Shown here one piece after another: positions 30,949-40,264 of a DNA stretch of 64,000 nt. How positions within the stretch are numbered: the stretch's first letter is position 1; each line of letters opens with the position of its first letter. The DNA is taken from NCBI GenBank assembly GCA_031256975.1, contig JAIRPN010000015.1, forward strand, positions 152,648 through 216,647, in the 5' to 3' direction. Source of the DNA: Verrucomicrobiales bacterium. GTDB lineage: Bacteria > Verrucomicrobiota > Verrucomicrobiia > Methylacidiphilales > JAAUTS01. A program made the translations under genes and the position numbers. The notes beneath the pieces are model-generated. The model was not told the origin of the DNA and did not search any database. It saw only the letters and a program-made list of their open reading frames with translations.

Positions 30949-31956
30949 TTAATCTCCCGATTTATTCCATATTCTTTTTCGATATCCCCTGATTGCCCGC
31001 TCCAATTTTCTTAGCCCTCCGACTTTCAGCGGCTTGCTCTTCATGTTCACAACCCGACATTTTTCCAATTTGCAACGATTTTCATCCAATGAAAACCACG
31101 CCGAATAACCCCAGGCTCCTTTGAGTTTTTTCTTCTTCACCGGTTCAAGCAAGGTGTCTATTTCTTTCCAATATTCCCGACAATCAGCTGACAATTGTTT
31201 CTCATGTCGACGGTGGCATGCCAGCGCCCCCCTGAAAACCAGTATTTCACTAACCTCGGCAAACCTTCTCCACAAGTCCCAGTCGCCGCATAATTTAAGA
31301 TCCGTCCTAACTCCACCAACTTCATCCCATATTTTTTTGGTCCAAAATGTTCCTTCTTGCATGATAAACGGCATCAGTCGTCCATCATAATATCCTTTGC
31401 GCAAATGTTCACGGGATACGGCGGCAACCGCTTGTGTCATTACATAGGTTCCATCCTCGGCAATGCAACACGGGTAACCAGTCATCACCTCGGCGACCCC
31501 GGTTTCGTAGATCATCCGGAAAGCAGTTTGCACCGAGCCAGGCAGCAACAAGTCATCGGAATTGATCCAGGTCATTAATATTTTCCCCTCATTCCCAGCC
31601 ACTTGTTTCTGCAAATAATTCATCCCTTTCTGAATTGCATCGTACATGGTAACATCTTTTTCTGAGGAAAATGAAAAGTGTACCGGTGCGCAATTTTCAA
31701 ACTTAGCGTCCAGCTCAAACCGCGCCTTCCATTTTTTTAATGCTTCGACAGTGCCATCTTTGGATAAACCGTCCTGGATGTGATAGTAAATTTCAAAATC
31801 TCCCTGTTGAGTGATCACACTTAGGATGGTTTGATCAATGAATTTTATGGAATTTCTGCAGGGTGTAACAATCAGCAATTTATTTTTCATCGGGTTCATT
31901 GCCGGCACAGGCGTGCCAGCATTGGTTTTATCTGTACAACATAAAGAAAAAACCAT
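30949..31956 (-). CDS. glycosyltransferase family 2-like
   Basis: LLIVTPCRNSIKFIDQTILSVITQ GT-A N-terminus and a DD-containing INSDDLL motif. The likely start is the ATG at 31899 (MNPMKNK). Confidence 0.65.
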   Translation of the reverse strand: MVFSLCCTDKTNAGTPVPAMNPMKNKLLIVTPCRNSIKFIDQTILSVITQQGDFEIYYHIQDGLSKDGTVEALKKWKARFELDAKFENCAPVHFSFSSEKDVTMYDAIQKGMNYLQKQVAGNEGKILMTWINSDDLLLPGSVQTAFRMIYETGVAEVMTGYPCCIAEDGTYVMTQAVAAVSREHLRKGYYDGRLMPFIMQEGTFWTKKIWDEVGGVRTDLKLCGDWDLWRRFAEVSEILVFRGALACHRRHEKQLSADCREYWKEIDTLLEPVKKKKLKGAWGYSAWFSLDENRCKLEKCRVVNMKSKPLKVGGLRKLERAIRGYRKRIWNKSGD

Positions 31957-32211
31957 GGAATACCAAACCTATCTTGATAATTACCAACATCCATTCCTGA
32001 TAAAACTGCTCGGGTTTGGTATACATTCATCATTTTCAAAAGCGCTGCCATATCAAGCTGGATGCCGAACAGAAGGACTTTGGAGTATAAATTCCGCAGG
32101 AAAATCCAAGATCAGTTTGCCCGATATTATCGCTTCTTATTCGATATTGATTATTCCCATACTCATGTTTTCTAAGCTTTTCAAGCCAAACACACTGGTC
32201 ATAGTCATAGC

Positions 32212-33318
32212 TTGATGAGTCACGATTCCTCCCTGATCGCGTTGGTGGACTGGAACCGAGGTGGACACAATGAAACAAACTTGCGCGAGCACGCCGCGGC
32301 TTTGGTGTCGCTGGGTTGCCGGGTGGCGGTGTTAAGCCCGTATCCGCTACGATTCGATTCACCATTCATCACCTCCCTCCATTTCGCGCCGCGCATCCGG
32401 TCCGCAGCGCCGGCTTCCTGGAAATTATCCTTGGAATTATGGCGTTTGCAGCGGAAAATACGTCATCTCATCAGGCAGGCGGAACAGCACTTCAATCAAC
32501 CTTGCAAATTGGTGTTCTTCAGTTGTCTGTATGCCTACGAGTCACGGCATATCCATGCCGCTGTCACCGCGTTGTCCCAACCCTGGAGCGGGTTATACCT
32601 GCACGTGACAGGCGATGCGCGACAATACTTCCCGCCCACTTTCAAAACTCTGGCAGCGCTGGATGAACAGGCGGAGGGCTTATTTTTTCCGGACGTCACC
32701 AATGCCGAAACTGCCACAACCTTGCTGGCGCAAAAACTCAGGGACTTCGCCGGAAAGCGTCCCCTGATCTCCCTGACCGGTTATTTACAACCAAGCAAAG
32801 GGATGATGCCATTAATCGACTTGGCGCTTAAGGATGACCTGTCGGACTATGCCTTCGCCTTCGTCGGTGAATTGTGCCGCGCCAATTTTTCTTCTGATCA
32901 ATTGGCAAAAATCACCATTGCGGAAAAACAATCTCCCAATAGCTTTTTTCACTTTCACCGCCTGCCGAATGAAGCCTCTTACAACGCAGTCATCCAAGCC
33001 AGTGATATCCTGTACGCCGCCTATATTGATTTTCCCCATAGCAGCAACACTTTGACAAAAGCCGCAATTTTTGAAAAACCCGTGATTGTCAGCCGGCATC
33101 ATCTGATGGAAAGACGAATCCGGGAGTTCCGGTTGGGTGAAGTAGTAACACAAAATGATACCACCTCAATTGTACAGGCGATTCACCGCATAACCGCAGA
33201 TTATCCACAATGGCTTGTACAACAACAACCGCGTTGGAAAGAATACCGGGAAGCACATTCCCAAACCGCCCTCAGGCAATCATTCCGCCAACTGCTGGAA
33301 ATTTACGATATCCGGTAA
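32212..33318 (+). CDS. hypothetical protein, possible GT-B-fold glycosyltransferase
   Basis: 368-aa ORF. The C-terminal half (FEKPVIVSRHHLMERRIREFRLGEVV) resembles the GT1/GT4 nucleotide-sugar binding region. Weak call. Confidence 0.4.
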   Translation: MMSHDSSLIALVDWNRGGHNETNLREHAAALVSLGCRVAVLSPYPLRFDSPFITSLHFAPRIRSAAPASWKLSLELWRLQRKIRHLIRQAEQHFNQPCKLVFFSCLYAYESRHIHAAVTALSQPWSGLYLHVTGDARQYFPPTFKTLAALDEQAEGLFFPDVTNAETATTLLAQKLRDFAGKRPLISLTGYLQPSKGMMPLIDLALKDDLSDYAFAFVGELCRANFSSDQLAKITIAEKQSPNSFFHFHRLPNEASYNAVIQASDILYAAYIDFPHSSNTLTKAAIFEKPVIVSRHHLMERRIREFRLGEVVTQNDTTSIVQAIHRITADYPQWLVQQQPRWKEYREAHSQTALRQSFRQLLEIYDIR

Positions 33319-33330
33319 AAGAACAGCGAG

Positions 33331-34239
33331 TCACTGCCAGAACAGGCTTTTTCTCAACAAACGGCCATGTTTCCAGATAAATTTCCCGCGCAGTTCGCGG
33401 TAGGATTTAATGTGCTTGGGTAACGGATTCGGGACAGTGGCCAGCTCTTGGTCCAGCATCGCGAAAACTTCGCTACCAATATTTAACCGTTGCTTGTAAA
33501 AATTAAAAGCAATCCAATGCTGAATCTGCTCTTTATACCGCTCGTCAGCCGACCTGTTTTCCGTCAGGCCCCAGTTATTCTTTTCGTGAATGCGGTATTC
33601 AACCAAGTCCCTGGCAAGATAATACTTCCGTCCGCCCAACAATGAACTCCCGAGCAATAACGAATAATCCGCCTGGATCGGGTAATTCCAAGATTCCCCC
33701 AGTTCCTTCAGTTTTAGTAATTTAGCCAGCCTGGTCTTCAGCGAAACACAGGAAGTCACATTGCCAATCCAGCAAGCGGACCGGGCGCGAAAATAAAAAT
33801 AGGTCAGCAATGTGGTATAACCGTAGTCATAATCGCCGGGAGGAGACAACCAAATCGGGTTCTCCGCCTGACCTCCCAACGCTTGGAACCGGCAAAAAAC
33901 CAAATCGACCTTGGGATTGGCCTGATAAACTGCCGCCAAGGATTGCAAATAATCAGGCTTGTAACGATCATCCGCATCGAGCAGGCAAACAACCTCCCCG
34001 TTCGCAGCCTGGATTCCGGCATCAATTGCCAAAAACTGGCCGCCATTCTTCTGGCTGATGATTTTTACCAGCGGGTTGTTCCCATAATTTTGCTGCAGCA
34101 ACCACAAGGAATCATCCGTCGAACCGTCATCCACCACAATAACCTCCGCAGGCGGCAGGGTTTGCCGCAACACGCTGTCGATGCACTCCCGCAAATAGGA
34201 GGCATAGTTGTAGTTGTTAATTAAAACCGAGAACTTCAT
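33331..34239 (-). CDS. glycosyltransferase family 2
   Basis: MKFSVLINNYNYASYLRECIDSVLRQT...VIVVDDGSTDDS. Start placed at the ATG at 34239, which forms an ATGA overlap with the upstream stop. Confidence 0.85.
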   Translation of the reverse strand: MKFSVLINNYNYASYLRECIDSVLRQTLPPAEVIVVDDGSTDDSLWLLQQNYGNNPLVKIISQKNGGQFLAIDAGIQAANGEVVCLLDADDRYKPDYLQSLAAVYQANPKVDLVFCRFQALGGQAENPIWLSPPGDYDYGYTTLLTYFYFRARSACWIGNVTSCVSLKTRLAKLLKLKELGESWNYPIQADYSLLLGSSLLGGRKYYLARDLVEYRIHEKNNWGLTENRSADERYKEQIQHWIAFNFYKQRLNIGSEVFAMLDQELATVPNPLPKHIKSYRELRGKFIWKHGRLLRKSLFWQ

Positions 34240-35258
34240 GGTTGCTGGGGTTTGCGGTCGACAATCAACCGGCCACACAAACTGATCCGGCAGGCACCAC
34301 AGGCGCTATTCTTTCTGTAGGTCAACAACCAGCGTAACAATTTGGTTAACTTTGCCTTCAAGCGGAAACATTTGGCCACGAGCATTTTTTTGCCAAACCC
34401 CCGCATCTCTCTGCCCCATGGGGTTTGCTCCAAAACCTTCCAGTACTCCATCGACCAGTCATGCTTCATGCCCATATTCCAGGGTTTTTTGTGGCTGGTG
34501 AAATGGGCGATCTTGGGTGCCTGCCTGATTTCCCGCCATTGTTGCAGGTCCGGCTGCAGGTCGCCCGATTTAAACAACGGTTTTTGTCCGGTCTGAATAT
34601 TCCAGCGCGGATGCAAGATGTGGACATCCTCACAAAAGACAATGTTCAGAATATCCTGATCGGCAAAACGTTCATGCAATTCCGGCTTCCTCGCCAGACT
34701 GAGACATTGTTTGATATAATTCCGTTCGCGCCAACGGCGCAGGTTCATCATCAAGACCCCGGAATTAAAATAGTGACGGACCTCGTTGTAGCGCTGCAGA
34801 TTTTCCCGGTCGACATAACAATCAACAATGGCGGAAATCCCTGCTTCAGACATCGCCATATCCCACAGCCCGGCAATGTCACCCAAAGCCACCACATCGC
34901 AATCCAAGTACAAGCAGCGTTCCAGTTCCCTGAATACATCCGGAATCAATAAACGGTAATAAGCGGCGGCAGTGATATATTCAGGCCCCAATTCACCGTA
35001 AGCCTGAACCAGGCTGCTGTTCACTATCACGAAGTCACCCTTGGCTCCAAACTGGTTGATAACAAGCATCAGCTTGTCACGAGCACCCTCGGAAAGACTG
35101 TTGATCCCTTGTAGAAAATGGAAATGAAACCGTCCGGGATCAGCAGCATGTTGTAAAATCGACCAGACAGCCACCCCGACAGGGGCAGCGTAGTTTTCGT
35201 CCGGCGAAAAAACAATATGCATCGTCTCTTTCATGTCGCAGTACTTCAATGTCAACAT
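34236..35258 (-). CDS. glycosyltransferase family 8 (RfaI/RfaJ-like LPS glycosyltransferase)
   Basis: YLDCDVVALGD (DxD) and NSGVLMMNLRRWRE motifs. Confidence 0.85.
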   Translation of the reverse strand: MLTLKYCDMKETMHIVFSPDENYAAPVGVAVWSILQHAADPGRFHFHFLQGINSLSEGARDKLMLVINQFGAKGDFVIVNSSLVQAYGELGPEYITAAAYYRLLIPDVFRELERCLYLDCDVVALGDIAGLWDMAMSEAGISAIVDCYVDRENLQRYNEVRHYFNSGVLMMNLRRWRERNYIKQCLSLARKPELHERFADQDILNIVFCEDVHILHPRWNIQTGQKPLFKSGDLQPDLQQWREIRQAPKIAHFTSHKKPWNMGMKHDWSMEYWKVLEQTPWGREMRGFGKKMLVAKCFRLKAKLTKLLRWLLTYRKNSACGACRISLCGRLIVDRKPQQP

Positions 35259-35289
35259 TCATACTCCTGCCCCCCCCAGACATTTTATA

Positions 35290-36315
35290 TTAACGCTTCT
35301 TTTTGCCACTTGGCATAATATTTATGCAAGTTATTCCCAAGAAAACCAATCGATAAATTCCACGTTTGGGGGTTATTTTTATCAATAGCAGATGACGGAT
35401 TACGTCATGCCATCTGGCAATCCGGTTTTTAGCAACGGCCTTCGCCAAGGCTGCCGTGATATTTTCATCCGATCCTCTCCACGGACTGTGACGAAAACTA
35501 TCCCAGTATGCCATCGCCAACCGGTGCTTCATGTCAAACAGCCACGGCTTCCGTTTCCGCCCGCTGTAATGGGCAATCCCCGGCCTCTCTTCGACTTCAC
35601 GCCACTGCGCATTACCGGATTTTATACTGCATAACTTGCATAAAAGTTCTTGCCCGGTCTGGATATTCCAACGCGGATGCAACAGCAATAAATCATTGCT
35701 GAACACCAAATTGAGCACGTCCTGATCGGAATAGCGTTCGGTAAATTTCGGAACCTCCATCAATTTCAGGCACTCTTCCACATAATGACGTTCACGGCAT
35801 TTTCGAAGATTCATGTACAAAACCCCGGAATTAAAGTAATACCGGATCTGTTCATACTTGCCCAGTCCGCGCCCCTCCACATGCCAGTCCCGCACAACAC
35901 CGACCGCCACTTGCGAGATGTCCTCCTGCCAGAGCAAAGCGAGATCATCCAAGGCCACCAAATCACAATCCAGGTAAATGCAACGGTCCAGTTCTGGCAA
36001 TAAGTCCGGGATCAAGATGCGGTAAAACGCATTGGCAGGGAGATAATGCCCGGTTGTCTTTCCCTCCAGAATCGGACGCTCCACCAAAACATCGTCGAGA
36101 CCAGCATTATAGCTGGCGGCAATATCACGGAGTTGCCGTATATTTTCAGTCGAAAGACTCTGCCGGTCACGCAAAAGATAAAAATGAAAGTTCTGGGGCT
36201 GCCCGGATGCACGCAGAATCGATAAAATCGCCACTCCGGCATGTACCGTGTAAGCATCATCTGGCGCCATTACCACGGCTATCTTTCCCGTCACCGGCCG
36301 TTCTGCTGTGTTCAT
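35290..36315 (-). CDS. glycosyltransferase family 8 (tandem paralog)
   Basis: YLDCDLVALDD and NSGVLYMNLRKCRE motifs. Collinear with 34236..35258. Confidence 0.85.
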   Translation of the reverse strand: MNTAERPVTGKIAVVMAPDDAYTVHAGVAILSILRASGQPQNFHFYLLRDRQSLSTENIRQLRDIAASYNAGLDDVLVERPILEGKTTGHYLPANAFYRILIPDLLPELDRCIYLDCDLVALDDLALLWQEDISQVAVGVVRDWHVEGRGLGKYEQIRYYFNSGVLYMNLRKCRERHYVEECLKLMEVPKFTERYSDQDVLNLVFSNDLLLLHPRWNIQTGQELLCKLCSIKSGNAQWREVEERPGIAHYSGRKRKPWLFDMKHRLAMAYWDSFRHSPWRGSDENITAALAKAVAKNRIARWHDVIRHLLLIKITPKRGIYRLVFLGITCINIMPSGKKKR

Positions 36316-37082
36316 TCTTTGGCGGAATTTCTATATTCGTAAAGCTTGGCATATTTTATAAACGTCGAAAACGCGGAAAAATAAGCCAGGTAAAAACCGG
36401 GAAATCCATCTAGGATTCCCAGTCGTAAAAAATACGCCCGGAAAAAACGCCAACAGGCATGCACCACGATTGACAATGCCGAAACTTTTTTGCCGTTTTG
36501 TTTCGCCCGTTGCAAAAAAAAGTCAGTAAAAAAATTGATTTTCCCGACATGACTGGAAATGGATTCGTGCGAATAATGCAGCAGATCGACCGTGAAACGG
36601 ATGGTTTGCCCATCGACCACAAAACAATCATGTTCCTCGGTGCCGCCCAGCCTGCCTTCGCCGTTTCTGAACAAGCGCAAAACCCTGTCCGGGTAATTAT
36701 CCCCATGCCTGATCCATCGCTGCATGAACCACAAACGACGGGAAAACCAAACGCCATTCACATGATCATTGGCATTATCCATGAACCGGAAAATCGCTGT
36801 TTTTAACTCTGGCGACACCACTTCATCGGCATCCAGACTCAATATCCAGGGTTGTGTCGCCTTGCCCAACGCGACACTTTTCTGGTCGCGCAAATTTTGA
36901 AACGGATGCTCGCTGACCACGGCCCCGAAAGATTTCGCCACCATCTCCGTGTCATCGGCACAATCATTGATCACCACCACGATTTCCGCAACCCAGTCCG
37001 CAACGCTGCCCAAAGATTGGGGTAAACGCTTCCCCTCGTTTCTGGCAATCATGACCAGTGAAATCGGCAACCTCTTGCTCAT
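36312..37082 (-). CDS. glycosyltransferase family 2 (WaaE/KdtX-like LPS core GT)
   Basis: ISLVMIARNEGKRLPQSL...LSLDADE pattern. 4-nt overlaps with both neighbours. Confidence 0.8.
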   Translation of the reverse strand: MSKRLPISLVMIARNEGKRLPQSLGSVADWVAEIVVVINDCADDTEMVAKSFGAVVSEHPFQNLRDQKSVALGKATQPWILSLDADEVVSPELKTAIFRFMDNANDHVNGVWFSRRLWFMQRWIRHGDNYPDRVLRLFRNGEGRLGGTEEHDCFVVDGQTIRFTVDLLHYSHESISSHVGKINFFTDFFLQRAKQNGKKVSALSIVVHACWRFFRAYFLRLGILDGFPGFYLAYFSAFSTFIKYAKLYEYRNSAKE

Positions 37083-38110
37083 ACCACCACTTCCTGCATC
37101 TTTTTGGCAAAGATCGCCCGCTCAACCGCTTCCATCGCCTGTTCCGGCTTGATGGAAGCCATGCAAGGTGACTGGTTATAGCATACGTGTGACTTCTTGG
37201 AGCATTCACACTCTTTCCCACGGATAGTTGTGTGCGGTTCGCCAACCGGCGCCCATCTCAAATAATCACTTGGCGCAAAAAAGGAAAGCGTGGGCGTTTG
37301 CAGGCCAACCGCAAAATGCAGCGGCCCGGTGTCCGCGCTCACGAACAGCTTCGCCCGCTGCAATATCGCCAAAAATAATTCCAAGTCATAAACAGGCGGA
37401 AGACAAGTAATACCCAAGTCCGGATTGGCAAGCGCCCGCAACGAGAGCTGCTCACGCTCACTGATGCCCGCCGAAAACATAAGGCGCAATCCCCTGCTTG
37501 CGGCTTTGATCGAAAATTCGCGCCAATATTCCAACGGCCATTCCTTTTTCAATTGCACCGAGGAGATGTGACACAGAATTGTGCCTTCCGGCAACAGTTC
37601 AGCCGCCTTCGCTTTCAAATCCGGGTTGGTATAAATTTCCAAACGCGTGTCCCTTGATCCGGTACCCATGCCCATGGCATCCAGAATCATCAGCTCGCGC
37701 AACCCCTCATAGTAAAGATCATAGTCTGGTTGTTCGGTCGTGTGATGATAACACCAGGATCGGCCCAAAAACCCGCGTGGTGCTTCCAATCCCCAACGCT
37801 CCTTGGCGCCGATCATGAAACTGGTCCAGGCGCCGCGGTCGTTACCAACAAAATCCAGCGATAAATCAAATTTCTCCGCACGCAACTGAGTCAACAACGG
37901 CATGGTCTTTTTTAGCTGCATCCTGCCCCGCTGGCGCGGGAAGCCCCAAACTTTGTCCAGCCAAGGAACATACTTCAACAGGGGCACGGCCTCTTCCGGT
38001 ATTAAAACATGCAATTCAGCCTGCGGAAACCGCTGCCTCAAGGCACGCAACATGGGTGTCGACACCACCACATCGCCCAGATATTTAAATTTGATGACTA
38101 ATATTTTCAA
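37079..38110 (-). CDS. glycosyltransferase family 9 (heptosyltransferase-like)
   Basis: MKILVIKFKYLGDVVVSTPMLRALRQRFPQAELHVL, the canonical GT9 N-terminus. Confidence 0.85.
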   Translation of the reverse strand: MKILVIKFKYLGDVVVSTPMLRALRQRFPQAELHVLIPEEAVPLLKYVPWLDKVWGFPRQRGRMQLKKTMPLLTQLRAEKFDLSLDFVGNDRGAWTSFMIGAKERWGLEAPRGFLGRSWCYHHTTEQPDYDLYYEGLRELMILDAMGMGTGSRDTRLEIYTNPDLKAKAAELLPEGTILCHISSVQLKKEWPLEYWREFSIKAASRGLRLMFSAGISEREQLSLRALANPDLGITCLPPVYDLELFLAILQRAKLFVSADTGPLHFAVGLQTPTLSFFAPSDYLRWAPVGEPHTTIRGKECECSKKSHVCYNQSPCMASIKPEQAMEAVERAIFAKKMQEVVV

Positions 38111-38145
38111 GTCTGTGCCGTTTTAAGTCGTATCTTGCCAAAAAT

Positions 38146-39213
38146 TTGGTAAAAGACAGCATAAATTCATCTATGGGGTCAGCGGACTTTTATCAGTGCA
38201 CCAGGCACAGTCGTAAAGTTTTTGTCGCGGACCTCGGCTTTTTGGGGGATACTGTCCATCTTTTCCCTGCCTTGCGGGAAATTCGCGACGCCTATCCGCA
38301 GGCCGAACTGCATGTCATGTCCTCCACCCATGTCATGGACCTGTTGCGCCTGCTTCCCTGGATTGACCGTGCCTGGGGTTACCCACGGTTTCCCAAATCC
38401 CCCCCCTGGCACAAAACATTGCCGATTATCAGGGCCTTGCGCCGGGAGAAATTCGATACTGTCATCAACCTGAACGGCTCCAACCGTTCAAGTTTTCTCA
38501 CCCGTTCCACCGGAGCCCGCCACCGCTTGGGCCGCATTCCGCAAACACCAGGCGGCGCGCTGTGGCCATGGTGCTTCACCCATACGGTTTCTGTTCCCTA
38601 TAACTCGGTGGAATCCTTCCGCCAGCGCTGGCTTTGCCTGCAACAGAGCGGTTTCCCGGTTAGCGTGCCGCGCTTTGATGTGACCATCCCGGCGGATGTC
38701 CGACAATCGGTTGACAAATTGCTCGACCATCAAGGCGGCTTCATTCATATCAGCCCGTTCACTACGCAGAACCACCGCGAACCACATCCGCAGGACTTGA
38801 TTGATTTTCTAAATACCCTGGCCAAGGAAACGCCGGCTGAAAAAGTCGTTATTAGCTGCGCCCCCAATCAACGGGAAACTTCGAAACTCGCGGAGATTCT
38901 GTCCGGTTTACAACAACCGCCATGGAAAATTTTCCAAGGCACGCTAACCACCATCCAAACCTGCGCCCTGATCGATCGGGCACGCGTGCACTTGGGCGGC
39001 GATTCCGGAGCCGTGCACATCGCCACCATGCTGGGAATCCCCAACCTGGCCTGGTTTCACGAAGGCTCGCGCCAATCAAACTGGCTGCCTCGCGCCGCCA
39101 ACGACCAGATCCTGTTTGTGCCGCGAGACGACAGCGGATTTTTGCGGGTCAATCCCGCCCGGTTGATTGAAGGCGTCCTCGCCAACCGCCAAGCGACACT
39201 CAATTCGACCTGA
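38146..39213 (+). CDS. glycosyltransferase family 9 (heptosyltransferase-like)
   Basis: VFVADLGFLGDTVHLFPALREIRDAYPQAELHVM and C-terminal GGDSGAVHIA. The start may be the ATG at 38173. Confidence 0.8.
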   Translation: MVKDSINSSMGSADFYQCTRHSRKVFVADLGFLGDTVHLFPALREIRDAYPQAELHVMSSTHVMDLLRLLPWIDRAWGYPRFPKSPPWHKTLPIIRALRREKFDTVINLNGSNRSSFLTRSTGARHRLGRIPQTPGGALWPWCFTHTVSVPYNSVESFRQRWLCLQQSGFPVSVPRFDVTIPADVRQSVDKLLDHQGGFIHISPFTTQNHREPHPQDLIDFLNTLAKETPAEKVVISCAPNQRETSKLAEILSGLQQPPWKIFQGTLTTIQTCALIDRARVHLGGDSGAVHIATMLGIPNLAWFHEGSRQSNWLPRAANDQILFVPRDDSGFLRVNPARLIEGVLANRQATLNST

Positions 39214-40264
39214 TCTGACGGTCATACCGCGCCGCGGTTGCCACCCATGCCGCATGGTCCAAATACCAGCGGATGGTTTTCCTGATTCCCTCGTCAAAAC
39301 CAACCTGCGGGCTCCAACCCAATTCCCGGCGGGCTTTTTCAGTATTCATCGCATAACGGAAATCGTGCCCGGGACGATCCTCCACAAACCGAATCAATTC
39401 GCGACGGTTCTGACCCGGTGCCAACGGTGAAAGTTGATCCAGCACATCACAGATTTTTTGCACCACTGACAAATTGGAGACTTCCTGACCGCCGCCAAAA
39501 TGATAACTCTCCCCCACGCGCCCTTTCGCCATTAGCGCCAGCAGGCCTGCCGCATAATCATCGACGTAAATCCAGTCGCGAATGTTGGCCCCATTTCCAT
39601 AAATCGGCAGGGATTTTCCCGCTTGCGCGTTGAGGATCATCAACGGAATCAATTTTTCCGGCAATTGGCGCGGGCCGTAATTGTTGCTGCAATGGCTCAC
39701 CATGAGTGGCAGGCCGTGGGTCTTGTGAAAACTCCAGGCAAAATGATCGGCCGCCGCCTTCGATGCCGCGTAGGGATTCGACGGGGCATAACGCGAAATC
39801 TCGGTAAACGCTTCGCCATTAGCGTCAAGGGAACCGTACACCTCATCGGTGGAAATCTGTACCACGCGAAAATCCCGGCGCCGCAGTTCGGGCAATTCCC
39901 GGTAATACGCCAGCGCGGATTCCAGCAGGCTGACCACGCCGGCCACATTGGTTTGTACAAACGGGGCGGGTCTGTCGATGGAACGGTCAACGTGCGATTC
40001 GGCGGCAAAGTTCAATACCGTGTCGATTTGATGTTCGCGCAAAATTTTCGCCGTTAGCGAAACGTCACCGATTTCCCCATGGACAAACACATATCGCGGA
40101 TCATCAAGGCCGGATAAATTATCCTGCCGCCCGGCATAGGTCAGCGCGTCCAGGTTTACCAGCTTCGCTAATGGCCAACTTTTTTGCACCAACGCGGCAC
40201 GGATAAAATTCGAACCGATAAAGCCGCAGCCGCCGGTAACCAGGATGTTCTTTCCGCCAATCAC
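39200..40264 (-). CDS. rfbB: dTDP-glucose 4,6-dehydratase
   Basis: VTGGCGFIGSNF, STDEVYG and YAASKAAADH motifs. The GTG start overlaps the msbA-like stop (GTGA). Confidence 0.9.
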   Translation of the reverse strand: MIGGKNILVTGGCGFIGSNFIRAALVQKSWPLAKLVNLDALTYAGRQDNLSGLDDPRYVFVHGEIGDVSLTAKILREHQIDTVLNFAAESHVDRSIDRPAPFVQTNVAGVVSLLESALAYYRELPELRRRDFRVVQISTDEVYGSLDANGEAFTEISRYAPSNPYAASKAAADHFAWSFHKTHGLPLMVSHCSNNYGPRQLPEKLIPLMILNAQAGKSLPIYGNGANIRDWIYVDDYAAGLLALMAKGRVGESYHFGGGQEVSNLSVVQKICDVLDQLSPLAPGQNRRELIRFVEDRPGHDFRYAMNTEKARRELGWSPQVGFDEGIRKTIRWYLDHAAWVATAARYDRQIRSN

